The notes below the pieces were generated by a model that worked only from the letters and a program-made list of their open reading frames with translations, ran no database searches and had not been told where the DNA came from. Made by a program: the position numbers and the translations under genes. A stretch of DNA of 46,739 nucleotides from positions 7,131-53,869 of the forward strand of contig CAZUZK010000005.1 of assembly GCA_964624745.1 (NCBI GenBank), read 5' to 3'. The DNA is from an uncultured Bacteroides sp. (lineage in GTDB: Bacteria > Bacillota > Clostridia > Christensenellales > CAG-917). This document shows positions 17,723 to 26,955 of the stretch, piece by piece. How positions within the stretch are numbered: position 1 is the first letter of the stretch; the number at the start of each line of letters is the position of its first letter.

Positions 17723-18189
17723 GTACGAAAATCAGCGGAAGCATAGGCGAGAATATAGCCGTTGACGTACTGAAAGAAAAGGGGTATAAAATCCTTGAGC
17801 GCAACTACGAGGCGAACGGCTGCGAAGTTGACGTGATATGTGAGTGCTATACCGACGAAAACGGCAAACTAATCAAGTTTAATTTCAAAAATAAGCTTTT
17901 GAGATTTTTTAGAAAATTGCTTAAAATCCAACCTCTTTGCGCAATCGAAAGGACTATAGCTTTCGTTGAGGTGAAGAGAAGAAGCTCCGATGATTTCGGT
18001 GCGCCTGAGGAAGCCGTCACACCGTATAAGGCAGGCAGATACGTTACCGCCGCAAAAGCGTATATTTCGCAAAACGGGTATACGAACGACAACGTGCGTT
18101 TCGATATTTTTGCAATCGACGATAACGGATACAGACACATCGAAAACGCTTTTGGCGCAAACGACGCGAAATATCCGCGTAACGTATAG
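17719..18189 (+). CDS. yraN: YraN family (UPF0102) putative endonuclease with an internal insertion
   Basis: G..GE..A...L..KGYKILERNY, EVDVI, FVEVKRR, PEEAVT, RFDI; overlaps the rnhB stop (ATGA). Confidence 0.85.
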   Translation: MSTKISGSIGENIAVDVLKEKGYKILERNYEANGCEVDVICECYTDENGKLIKFNFKNKLLRFFRKLLKIQPLCAIERTIAFVEVKRRSSDDFGAPEEAVTPYKAGRYVTAAKAYISQNGYTNDNVRFDIFAIDDNGYRHIENAFGANDAKYPRNV

Positions 18190-18270
18190 CTCGTTTCGGT
18201 TTTGCAATCGGTGCGAAAAGAAAAAATATGAAAAAAACAGCTTAATCTTGCATTTTTGTATTGTTTTTGC

Positions 18271-18299
18271 TTGTATTAAGTTTTTATTTATGATATTAT
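18271..18299 (+). promoter_or_regulatory. Sigma-A promoter of rplS
   Basis: TTGTAT (18271-18276), 17 bp, TG-n-TATTAT (18294-18299). Confidence 0.6.
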
Positions 18300-18311
18300 A
18301 ACACGCGTGAC

Positions 18312-18355
18312 TCGGATGTTCCGCTGGCAAGAGAGACTTGTGAAAGAACATTTCG
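18312..18355 (+). promoter_or_regulatory. L19 ribosomal protein leader RNA
   Basis: GGATGTTC-CGCTG...AAGAACATTT stem with the CCGCUG internal motif typical of the Firmicute L19 leader, just before the rplS RBS. Confidence 0.7.
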
Positions 18356-18374
18356 TAAATACAGGAGGTCAAAA

Positions 18375-18713
18375 ATGAACATTATCGACACTATTGAAAA
18401 AGAAGGCATGAAGCAAAATTTGCCTGAAATCGCTATCGGCGACCAAGTTAAAGTAAACGTTAAAGTCGTTGAAGGCACGAGAGAGCGTATTCAAACCTAC
18501 GAAGGCACCGTTATCGCAAAGAAGAACGGCGGCATTCGTGAGACAATCGTTGTGCGTCGCGTTACGTTCGGCGTCGGCGTTGAAAGAACGTTCCCGATTC
18601 ACTCGCCGAAGATTGACAGCATTCAAGTTGTGCGTCACGGCAAGGTAAGACGTGCAAAGCTTTACTTCTTGAAGAACAGAACCGGTAAGGCTGCAAAGCT
18701 TAAAGAAGTCTGA
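18375..18713 (+). CDS. rplS: 50S ribosomal protein L19
   Basis: [41 protein letters not shown]. Confidence 0.98.
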   Translation: MNIIDTIEKEGMKQNLPEIAIGDQVKVNVKVVEGTRERIQTYEGTVIAKKNGGIRETIVVRRVTFGVGVERTFPIHSPKIDSIQVVRHGKVRRAKLYFLKNRTGKAAKLKEV

Positions 18714-18741
18714 TAGCAATTCGTTTTTTTAGAGGAACAAA

Positions 18742-20877
18742 ATGAAAAAAAGATTGATGTTTATCAGTGCAATGGTGCTAGTACTCGTGCTAGCACTTTT
18801 CGCATTTACGGCTTGCAACAACGCAAGCGCAGAGGTCGGTGAAGAGCTTGTCGTAAACTCCGATTTTTCGGAATTTTCGAGCAGTAACAAGTTCGAGGGC
18901 TGGACAACCTCGTCCTCGAGCATGACGTTCGGACAATCGACGGCTTCGGACGACGAAGGCAACAAATATTTGTATATCGACAACTCTACTGCCGGATACA
19001 ACTATTTGAAACAATCCGTAAAGGTTGACACCAACAAGATTTATAAGGTTACCGTCAAGGTCTCTGTCAAGAGCGAGTTGTCCAACAAATCCGGCGCTTA
19101 TCTTACTTTCCTTGAAAATACCGATTATAAATTTGCAAAGCACACCGAAAGTACCAAGGGCTTTGAGACGACCACCGTTTATATCAAGCCCAAGAATACG
19201 GACTATCTCACTATTGCTCTTTGCGTAGGCTCCGAAGACGCCAACTGCAAGGGTAAAGCATATTTTGACGACGTGTCCGTGCAAAGAGTGGACGAGGTTC
19301 CGGACGGTTATGAGGTCATAGATTTCAGAAAGGCTAAAACCGTAAATACCAACGAGAACGCAAGCGGTATTTGCTTTGTGGTGCTTCTCACTCTGTTTTC
19401 GGTTGCGATTTTAGTCGGCGCATACGTGCTTATCAAGCGCGTGTACGCAAGAAGAGACGCGTTTGCGGATTTCGGAGCGAGCGTTGTTTACGATAAGAAG
19501 GCTCCCGCACAGGCAAAATGGTATCAAAACAATGCCTTTATCGTTGCCGTAATCATGCTCGGCGCATTCTTGCTCCGTCTTGTTTTGTTGCTTACAACCT
19601 ACGGTATGGGCAACGAAACGACCTCGACAATCAACGTTGCAAAACAATATCTCGGCGTCAATAACGGCGTATTCAATTTCTTCGAGAATATGGAAAAGCT
19701 CGGAAGAACTGTTACGTATTCGCCTGGTGAGATATACATTCTTTCAATTCTCGGATTTGCGACAAAGGGACTTAATTACGAGCAATCCTCGATTATTTTC
19801 CGCCTTATCAACGTTATAGCGGACGTCGCGGTTGTGGGAATGATTTACGGATACGGTCAAAAGCACGTCGGCAACAAGCTTGCAACTATTTATTCAGCTG
19901 TATACGCACTGCTTCCGTTCTCATTGATTATGAGCGGTATGAACGGCTCGTTTGAAGCCTTGCTCATCGCGCTTGTTATCGCATCGCTTATCCTGATGCT
20001 CGACAAGAAGTATCTCGCAACGTATTTCGTCATGACGCTTGCCTCGGTGCTTGACATCAGAGCTATGGCTGTTGCTCCGATTGTCGTCGCTTACTTCGTG
20101 TATATGTATATCCGCGACAACGACGATATTAAGAAGTTTACGGCGCACAGAGCGCAAATCGTTTTCGGCCTTGTCGGCTGCTTCGTTTTGGCATATGCGT
20201 TGACAATCCCGGTTGCAATTCATCAAATCGGAAACGGCGACGCCTTCTTCGGATTTAAGGTTATCATGAGAGAAATCTCCAATACGACTTATTTCGTGCA
20301 AAACGCCTTCAACCTCTACGGTATGGTGGGTATGAACAACAAGTCGTCGCAAGAGAGCGTGAATATCCTCAACCTTATCTTCTTGCTCGTTCTTGAAGCG
20401 TACGTCATTTCCTGCTACTTTAAGAATCGCAACAAGCAAGAACTTTTGCTCCTCGCGTCGTTTACGCTTGCGGTAGTCGCAGTGTTCACGATTAAGGTTA
20501 CGTACACTTATCTCTTCTTGTCACTTGCGCTCGCGCTTATGTATACGATGGTCAGCGGCGACAAGAGAATGTATTTTGTCAGCGGAGGAATCGCAACGCT
20601 CGGCTTTATCAACTTTGCGCAGCTGCTCAATCAAAGCGGATTTATCAAGAGCGGTGTAGTGTCCAACGCAATCACCAATTTTGAAACGACGAGCGCATTC
20701 TACATCACGTTCAGCGTATTTGCCGTGCTTCTTATCGGCTACTATGCGTACGTGACGTATTCGATAACCAACAACACGAAGATTGTCGACATCAAGGCAA
20801 TGCCCCTGTCTGTCGGCGATTCGCTCAAGGCTTCTTTCAAGAATCTTAAAAGCAAGCTTAAGAAAGAAGAAAACTGA
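18742..20877 (+). CDS. Lipoprotein signal + carbohydrate-binding (CBM4/9-like) domain fused to a polytopic GT-C glycosyltransferase-like membrane domain
   Basis: Lipobox FTA-C; beta-sandwich pattern VNSDF..GWT..LKQSVKV..YKVTV..AYFDDVSV. More than 10 hydrophobic segments follow, with GT-C-like motifs (LLRL, YSPG.IYIL, ADV, QNAFNLY). Confidence 0.6.
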   Translation: MKKRLMFISAMVLVLVLALFAFTACNNASAEVGEELVVNSDFSEFSSSNKFEGWTTSSSSMTFGQSTASDDEGNKYLYIDNSTAGYNYLKQSVKVDTNKIYKVTVKVSVKSELSNKSGAYLTFLENTDYKFAKHTESTKGFETTTVYIKPKNTDYLTIALCVGSEDANCKGKAYFDDVSVQRVDEVPDGYEVIDFRKAKTVNTNENASGICFVVLLTLFSVAILVGAYVLIKRVYARRDAFADFGASVVYDKKAPAQAKWYQNNAFIVAVIMLGAFLLRLVLLLTTYGMGNETTSTINVAKQYLGVNNGVFNFFENMEKLGRTVTYSPGEIYILSILGFATKGLNYEQSSIIFRLINVIADVAVVGMIYGYGQKHVGNKLATIYSAVYALLPFSLIMSGMNGSFEALLIALVIASLILMLDKKYLATYFVMTLASVLDIRAMAVAPIVVAYFVYMYIRDNDDIKKFTAHRAQIVFGLVGCFVLAYALTIPVAIHQIGNGDAFFGFKVIMREISNTTYFVQNAFNLYGMVGMNNKSSQESVNILNLIFLLVLEAYVISCYFKNRNKQELLLLASFTLAVVAVFTIKVTYTYLFLSLALALMYTMVSGDKRMYFVSGGIATLGFINFAQLLNQSGFIKSGVVSNAITNFETTSAFYITFSVFAVLLIGYYAYVTYSITNNTKIVDIKAMPLSVGDSLKASFKNLKSKLKKEEN

Positions 20878-20891
20878 TTGAGAATCAAGTT

Positions 20892-20921
20892 AAAAACGGC
20901 ACTCGATTGAGTGCCGTTTTT
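20892..20921. terminator. Bidirectional intrinsic terminator
   Basis: AAAAACGGCACTC-GATT-GAGTGCCGTTTTT between convergent genes. Confidence 0.85.
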
Positions 20922-20942
20922 CATATCGTATATAACGTAAAA

Positions 20943-21785
20943 TCATTTTTTAAGCTTTTTGTCTTTGCGCGTAAGGACTTTTTCGGAGCATTTTGTGAAG
21001 GGCATAAACGTCCCTGCCTTGCTCTCGACGTATTCGGGAGATAATTGCTCGAAAATAATGTTGTTTGCGTATTTTTGCGCCCATTTTACGCGTCTTTCTG
21101 TATTGACTGTCCACATCAATACGGGACGGAAGCAGCCCCAAAGCTTTATCCAGAGGTTGATTGGGGGTACGGCGCGCACGTCGTAGGCGACAAAGTGCGG
21201 ACGGCTGACAAGATTTATCCAGCATTGTCCCATAAAGAGAGTGAATATGCTTCTAGGAATCTTTTTCCACAAGGGCGACGACCAGGTGCAAAGCTCGCCG
21301 ACGGCATAATTCGAGTGGCGTCTTGCATAGATGACTGCGCCGAAATCGAAGGATTGAAGCGCGATGTTGCCGGTGTAGTTTACCTCGTTCAGCACCTTTA
21401 TAGTTTCGCGCACGATGCGATGGTCAAGGGGATTCATGCCTTTAATTTCGCAAAGAATGCCAACCTTGCCGTCTACAAGAGCAAGGAACTCCTTGAAAGT
21501 CGGAATGGTATATTCGGTCGGTTGTCCGTCTTTGTTGCGAAGGGGATAGGTTTTAAGCTCCGCAAGCGTGCAACGCTTGATGGTTTTGTTGACGCCGCAT
21601 ACGCGCTTCAAATTGTCGTCGTGAAACACGACGACCTCGCCGTCCATGGTGACGTGAACGTCGATTTCGATATTGAAATTGTTTTCTATCGCTTTTTCGT
21701 ATGCAGGCATACTGTTTTCGGGATATTGCGCGTCATGCAAGCCGCGGTGAGCGATAGGTCTGTCGAATAACCATTGAAAATTCAT
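20943..21785 (-). CDS. Glycerophosphodiester phosphodiesterase (GDPD family)
   Basis: IAHRGLH, PENSMPAY, IEIDVH, VVFHD, IPTFKEFL, EIK, QSF, WTV. Start moved to ATG 21785 behind a GAGGG RBS. Confidence 0.9.
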   Translation of the reverse strand: MNFQWLFDRPIAHRGLHDAQYPENSMPAYEKAIENNFNIEIDVHVTMDGEVVVFHDDNLKRVCGVNKTIKRCTLAELKTYPLRNKDGQPTEYTIPTFKEFLALVDGKVGILCEIKGMNPLDHRIVRETIKVLNEVNYTGNIALQSFDFGAVIYARRHSNYAVGELCTWSSPLWKKIPRSIFTLFMGQCWINLVSRPHFVAYDVRAVPPINLWIKLWGCFRPVLMWTVNTERRVKWAQKYANNIIFEQLSPEYVESKAGTFMPFTKCSEKVLTRKDKKLKK

Positions 21786-21914
21786 AATTACCCTCGTTTT
21801 TATTTTCGTTTTTGTTGATAAAATTATATATTTCAATTATAATAAAATCAATAGTTTTTCAAATTTATCGTTAAATTTTGAAAAATCAGCCCTAATCGCA
21901 CGAGTGAGGACGCT

Positions 21915-23717
21915 TTGAGCAAGAAACATATTCGCAATTTTTCAATAATCGCACATATCGACCACGGTAAAAGCACCTTGGCGGATCGCCTTATCGAAAA
22001 AACCGGTACGGTTTCTTCTCGCGATATGTCCGAGCAATTACTCGATAATATGGACATCGAAAAAGAGCGCGGAATTACGATAAAGCTTCAAACGTGCAGA
22101 TTGTATTATGAGTACAAGGGCGAAGAATACGTGCTGAATCTTATCGATACTCCCGGTCACGTAGACTTTACATACGAGGTGTCGCGTTCCTTGGCGGCTT
22201 GCGAGGGGGCGTTGCTTATCGTTGACGCCACGCAAGGAGTAGAGGCTCAAACGTTGTCAAACGTTTATCTCGCGCTCGAAAACGATCTTACGATTCTCCC
22301 TGTAATCAACAAAATTGACTTGGCGTCTGCCGACGTTGATGCCGTAAAGCTCGAGGTTGAAGACATCATCGGTTTAGATACCGACGGCTGTCCGCTTGTT
22401 TCCGCAAAGGAGGGAATAGGCATCGACGAACTTATCGGGCAAATTATCGACAAGCTTCCTGCGCCGAGCGGCGACGACAACGCGCCGTTGAAGGCTCTTA
22501 TATTCGACAGCTTTTACGATAATTACCGAGGCGCGATTTCTATGGTTCGCCTTATGGACGGAACCGTTAAAGCAGGCGACGAAATAAAAATGATGTCCTC
22601 GGGAAAGGTTTTCGAGGTCGTAGAGGTAGGGTATTTCTCTCCGAATATGCGTCCTTGTCAAAAGCTTTGCGCAGGCGAGGTCGGATATATTGCGGCAAGC
22701 ATCAAGAACGTCAGCGACACTGCGGTCGGCGATACGATTACGAGCGCAGAAAATCCTGCGAAAGAGGCGCTTCCCGGCTATAAAAAAGCAACGCCGATGG
22801 TATACACGGGCGTTTTCCCTGCGGACGGCGCAAGATATGACGATTTGAAGGAAGCTTTGTTGAAATTGCAGCTTAACGACGCGTCTTTAAGCTTCGATCC
22901 GGAGGTATCGACCGCGTTGGGATTCGGCTTCCGTTGCGGTTTTCTCGGACTTTTGCATATGGAAATCATTGAGGAAAGGCTTGAAAGAGAGTTCGATTTG
23001 GATCTCATTACAACCGCTCCCAGCGTTTCCTATATAGTGACGAAAACAAACGGCGAAAAGCTTACCATAGACAATCCTACCGCGCTTCCCAATCCGAGCG
23101 AAATTGCGTCTATCGAGGAGCCTATCGTCAAGGCGACGCTGTACACACCGCCAGAATACGTCGGTCCGATTATGGAGCTGTGTCAGGGTAAGAGGGGTAT
23201 ATTTATCGATATGTCGTATATCGATCCGACGCGCGTGCAAATCATTTATCGTATGCCGTTGAACGAGATTATTTACGACTTTTTCGACAGCTTGAAGTCT
23301 AGAACTCGCGGATATGCTTCGCTCGACTACGAAATGGACGGCTATGAAAAGAGCGATTTGGTGCGCCTCGATATGATGATAAACGGCGAGCTTTGCGACG
23401 CCTTGTCGCTTATCGTGCATAAGGACAACGCATACGCAAGGGGAAGAGGTATTGCCGAAAAGCTTAAGGACGTTATCCCCAGACAGCTTTTTGAAGTGCC
23501 TATTCAAGCGACCGTCGGCGGTAAAATTATCGCAAGAGAAACGGTGAAAGCAATGCGTAAAGACGTTCTTGCCAAATGTTACGGCGGCGATATTACGCGC
23601 AAAAAGAAGCTGCTTGAAAAACAGAAAGAGGGCAAAAAACGCATGAGAAAGGTCGGTAGCGTCGAAGTGCCGAGCGAAGCGTTTATCTCAATTCTTAAGG
23701 TCGATCCGAACAAATGA
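21915..23717 (+). CDS. lepA: Elongation factor 4 (LepA)
   Basis: [85 protein letters not shown]. Confidence 0.98.
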   Translation: MSKKHIRNFSIIAHIDHGKSTLADRLIEKTGTVSSRDMSEQLLDNMDIEKERGITIKLQTCRLYYEYKGEEYVLNLIDTPGHVDFTYEVSRSLAACEGALLIVDATQGVEAQTLSNVYLALENDLTILPVINKIDLASADVDAVKLEVEDIIGLDTDGCPLVSAKEGIGIDELIGQIIDKLPAPSGDDNAPLKALIFDSFYDNYRGAISMVRLMDGTVKAGDEIKMMSSGKVFEVVEVGYFSPNMRPCQKLCAGEVGYIAASIKNVSDTAVGDTITSAENPAKEALPGYKKATPMVYTGVFPADGARYDDLKEALLKLQLNDASLSFDPEVSTALGFGFRCGFLGLLHMEIIEERLEREFDLDLITTAPSVSYIVTKTNGEKLTIDNPTALPNPSEIASIEEPIVKATLYTPPEYVGPIMELCQGKRGIFIDMSYIDPTRVQIIYRMPLNEIIYDFFDSLKSRTRGYASLDYEMDGYEKSDLVRLDMMINGELCDALSLIVHKDNAYARGRGIAEKLKDVIPRQLFEVPIQATVGGKIIARETVKAMRKDVLAKCYGGDITRKKKLLEKQKEGKKRMRKVGSVEVPSEAFISILKVDPNK

Positions 23718-23765
23718 TACGTATACCTCGAAAGCTAATTTTTCGAGGTATAATAATATAAGAAT

Positions 23766-24896
23766 ATGCAACTGTATATACATCTGCCGTTTTGCAAATC
23801 AAAGTGCGCCTACTGCGATTTCAATTCGTACGTCTGCCATGATGATACGAGGGTTTTGCGGTATCTAACCGCATTAAACAAGGAAATTGCGCTTGCCGGC
23901 GAGCAATACGACAGAGCAAAAATCGACACGGTATATTTCGGCGGTGGCACTCCGAGCATACTATCTGGAGAGCAATTTGAATTGTTTGCCGAAAATCTGC
24001 TAAAAAGCTTCGATTTGTCCGGCGTTTCGGAATTTACGATTGAGTGTAATCCTGAAAGCATCACCGACGAAAAACTGCTTGCGTACAAGCGGTTCGGCGT
24101 AAATCGTTTAAGCGTCGGCGTGCAAAGTCTGTCGGACGAGAATTTGAAAAGCGTGGGCAGATTGCATACGTCCTCTCAGGCTCTCGACGCGCTTGAACTT
24201 GCAAGCAGACGATTTGACAATTTATCCTGCGATTTTATCGTCGGATTGCCGTTTGACAGCGCAAAAATCGTTGCTGACGAGATAAAGCGTGTTTCTCAAT
24301 ACGTCAAGCACGTTTCCGTTTACGAATTGACGTTAGAGGAGGGTACCGCGCTTTTTAAGCGCGTTGCCGACGGTAAGGTAAAATTGCCGGATGACGATGA
24401 AATCCGCGACCTGTTCGAGATCGCCGTGGACGAACTTGATTCGCTTGGATTTTCAAGATACGAGGTGTCGAATTTCGCAAAAGACGGATACTATTCGCGC
24501 CATAATTACGGCTACTGGACGCGCGAAGAGTATTTGGGATTGGGAGCAGGCGCGTCCTCGTTCGTAAAGACCGCGGACGGCGTGAACGTACTTGAAATGC
24601 AAACGCGCTATGCCAACGTAAAATCCGTAGATAAATACGTATCCGCACTTGAAAACGCAAACGCATATGCGGATATTTTGAAAGAGCAAACAGAATATTT
24701 GAGCAAAAAAGACGAGCGCAACGAGCAAATTATGCTGGGCTTGCGTACGACAAATGGGGTAAGAAGAGAACTTTTGGGTTCTTTTCCGAAGCGACTACAA
24801 GCATTTTTTGAATGCGACGGCGATTATTGCGCGCTCACGAGAGAAGGGTTGGCGGTTATGAACTCGATTCTTGTTGAGATTTTGGAGGATTTTTAG
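23766..24896 (+). CDS. hemW: Radical SAM heme chaperone HemW (HemN-like)
   Basis: LYIHLPFCKSKCAYCDF (CxxxCxxC), GGGTPS, NRLSVGVQS, YEVSNFA, HNxxYW; follows lepA. Confidence 0.9.
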   Translation: MQLYIHLPFCKSKCAYCDFNSYVCHDDTRVLRYLTALNKEIALAGEQYDRAKIDTVYFGGGTPSILSGEQFELFAENLLKSFDLSGVSEFTIECNPESITDEKLLAYKRFGVNRLSVGVQSLSDENLKSVGRLHTSSQALDALELASRRFDNLSCDFIVGLPFDSAKIVADEIKRVSQYVKHVSVYELTLEEGTALFKRVADGKVKLPDDDEIRDLFEIAVDELDSLGFSRYEVSNFAKDGYYSRHNYGYWTREEYLGLGAGASSFVKTADGVNVLEMQTRYANVKSVDKYVSALENANAYADILKEQTEYLSKKDERNEQIMLGLRTTNGVRRELLGSFPKRLQAFFECDGDYCALTREGLAVMNSILVEILEDF

Positions 24897-24958
24897 GCGG
24901 AATTTTTGACTATTATTGTCGAAAGTCCGTTTGTCCGAGATTTGTTGCGCGATTATGA

Positions 24959-24987
24959 TTGTCAATTTCAAAAATGTTTGATATACT
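24959..24987 (+). promoter_or_regulatory. Sigma-A promoter of prs
   Basis: TTGTCA (24959-24964), 17 bp, TG-n-TATACT (24982-24987). Confidence 0.7.
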
Positions 24988-25009
24988 CTAAATATATTCG
25001 GAGGTACTA

Positions 25010-26158
25010 ATGACACCCGACTTTTCCGTTTTCGGCGAAACACCGAGCGCACCGATTGCACTTATTGCAACTCCCGGCGCAGAAAAACTTGCACAGCTTA
25101 TTGACAAACGGCTCATCACGCTTTTTAGCGAATCGCATTTAGGGAAAAAACTTCACAACGATACTTTTATCCTAAAATCTGCTTGTCCGCGTTTCACAAA
25201 CGGCGATGCGAAGGGCATTATCTACGAAACCGTTAGAGGTAAGGACCTGTATATAATTTGCGATCCGTCAAACCATGGCGAGACATATCCGTTCTTCGGC
25301 AAGGAAATGCCACTGACGCCGGACGAGCATTATCAAAATCTGAAGCGCATAATATGCTCCTGTACGGGTAAGCCCGAGAGAATCACCGTGGTTATGCCGA
25401 TGCTTTACGGCGGTCGCCAGCATAGAAGAAACGCAAGAGAATCTCTCGATTGCGCATTGATGCTTCAAGAGTTGCAAAATATGGGAGTCAGCGACATTAT
25501 AACCTTTGACGCGCACGATCCGCGTGTGCAAAACGCAGTGCCTCTTATGGGCTTTGACAACTACTTTGCGCACTATCAGATTCTCAAACAGCTGACGAGA
25601 AGATTCCCGGAGGTGCATCTCAACAAGGACAGCCTTATGGTGATTTCTCCCGACGAGGGCGCAATACCTAGAAACGTTTATTACGCGTCGGTGCTGGGGC
25701 TTGACCTCGGTATGTTCTACAAACGCAGAGATTATTCGAGAATAATCAACGGACGCAATCCCATCGTTGCGCACGAATACATCGGCTCTTCCGTAGAGGG
25801 AATGAACGTGTTTGTCGCAGACGATATGATCGCAACCGGCGATTCCATTCTTCGTCTTGCAAAAGAAATCAAGGAAAAGGGCGCAAAGCGCGTCTTTTTG
25901 TCGGCGACGTTCGCACTCTTTACAGAAGGCGTAGACAAGTTTAACGAGGCATATAAAGAGGGTGTGTTCGACGCTGTGCTTTCGACAAATCTTTCATATC
26001 ACATTCCCGAGCTTTCGGAGTGCGAATGGTTTGTTGAAGCGGATTTGTCAAAATATATTTCATACATTATTGCGGCGGCAAACGTGAACGAGTCTGTTGC
26101 GACTCTGCTCGATCCGTCTCAAAAGATACGCGAACTTGTCGCAAAGCTCAACGACTAG
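25010..26158 (+). CDS. prs: Ribose-phosphate pyrophosphokinase (long clostridial type)
   Basis: RFTNGDA, ETVRGKDLYI, ITVVMPMLYGGRQ, FDAH, ISPDEGA, KRR, PRPP-binding VADDMIATGDS. Confidence 0.88.
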   Translation: MTPDFSVFGETPSAPIALIATPGAEKLAQLIDKRLITLFSESHLGKKLHNDTFILKSACPRFTNGDAKGIIYETVRGKDLYIICDPSNHGETYPFFGKEMPLTPDEHYQNLKRIICSCTGKPERITVVMPMLYGGRQHRRNARESLDCALMLQELQNMGVSDIITFDAHDPRVQNAVPLMGFDNYFAHYQILKQLTRRFPEVHLNKDSLMVISPDEGAIPRNVYYASVLGLDLGMFYKRRDYSRIINGRNPIVAHEYIGSSVEGMNVFVADDMIATGDSILRLAKEIKEKGAKRVFLSATFALFTEGVDKFNEAYKEGVFDAVLSTNLSYHIPELSECEWFVEADLSKYISYIIAAANVNESVATLLDPSQKIRELVAKLND

Positions 26159-26176
26159 TTCTAAAAGGAGAAAACT

Positions 26177-26830
26177 ATGAAGCTCACTTGGCTTGGTCAT
26201 TCCTCGTTTCTGCTTGAAGAAAGCACCGGAACTCGGATTGTCACCGATCCTTATCATTCGCACGTAGGGTTTGAAATGCCCGAGGTAGAAGCGGACATCG
26301 TTACCGTGTCGCATTCGCACGGCGACCACGACAACGTTGCCAACGTCGGCGGAAATCCGACCGTTATCAATAGAGTCGGAGCATACGAAATCGGCGGAGT
26401 ACATATTCTTGCTCAACGCTCGTATCATGACGATCAAAAGGGCGCGTTGAGAGGGAACAACGTTATTTTCAAATACCGTATGGACGGCGTTGACGTGTGT
26501 CATATGGGCGATATCGGCGAGGAATGCAACGCAATTCTTGTCGAATCGCTTATGCCCGTAAACGTGTTGCTTATCCCTGTCGGCGGAAATTATACGATTG
26601 ACGCGGCGCAGGCAAAGGAATACGTTGACAGAATAATGCCCGACGTCGTGATTCCGATGCACTACAAGACAAAGGATTGTGAGCTTGACATTGACAAAAT
26701 CAACGAGTTTTTGTCCCTTTTCGACGATGAAAACGTCGTACACGTTGACGACACCACCGTTGAATTTGATCGCGCCGATTTTGACGGCGAGGAGACAAAG
26801 GTTTTTGTTTTGGACAAACTCGTCAAATAA
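26177..26830 (+). CDS. MBL-fold metallo-hydrolase
   Basis: LTWLGHSSF, TDPY, VSHSHGDHD (HxHxDH), HMGDIG, IPVGG, IPMHY. Confidence 0.9.
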   Translation: MKLTWLGHSSFLLEESTGTRIVTDPYHSHVGFEMPEVEADIVTVSHSHGDHDNVANVGGNPTVINRVGAYEIGGVHILAQRSYHDDQKGALRGNNVIFKYRMDGVDVCHMGDIGEECNAILVESLMPVNVLLIPVGGNYTIDAAQAKEYVDRIMPDVVIPMHYKTKDCELDIDKINEFLSLFDDENVVHVDDTTVEFDRADFDGEETKVFVLDKLVK

Positions 26831-26955
26831 TTTTTACGTTTGAAAAAATCGCTTGCGCCTAAAGGGCGCGAGCGGTTAAATATCCGATTTATATATATCA
26901 ACTTTTATTATAAAAATAAATTAATACCGTACATTGTGCGGTAGATGGAGCAGAT

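Noticed and set aside
23723-23751. Inverted repeat between lepA and hemW as a CIRCE element
   Set aside because: TATACCTCGAAA...TTTCGAGGTATA does not match TTAGCACTC-N9-GAGTGCTAA, and hrcA is not adjacent; probably a simple RNA hairpin.
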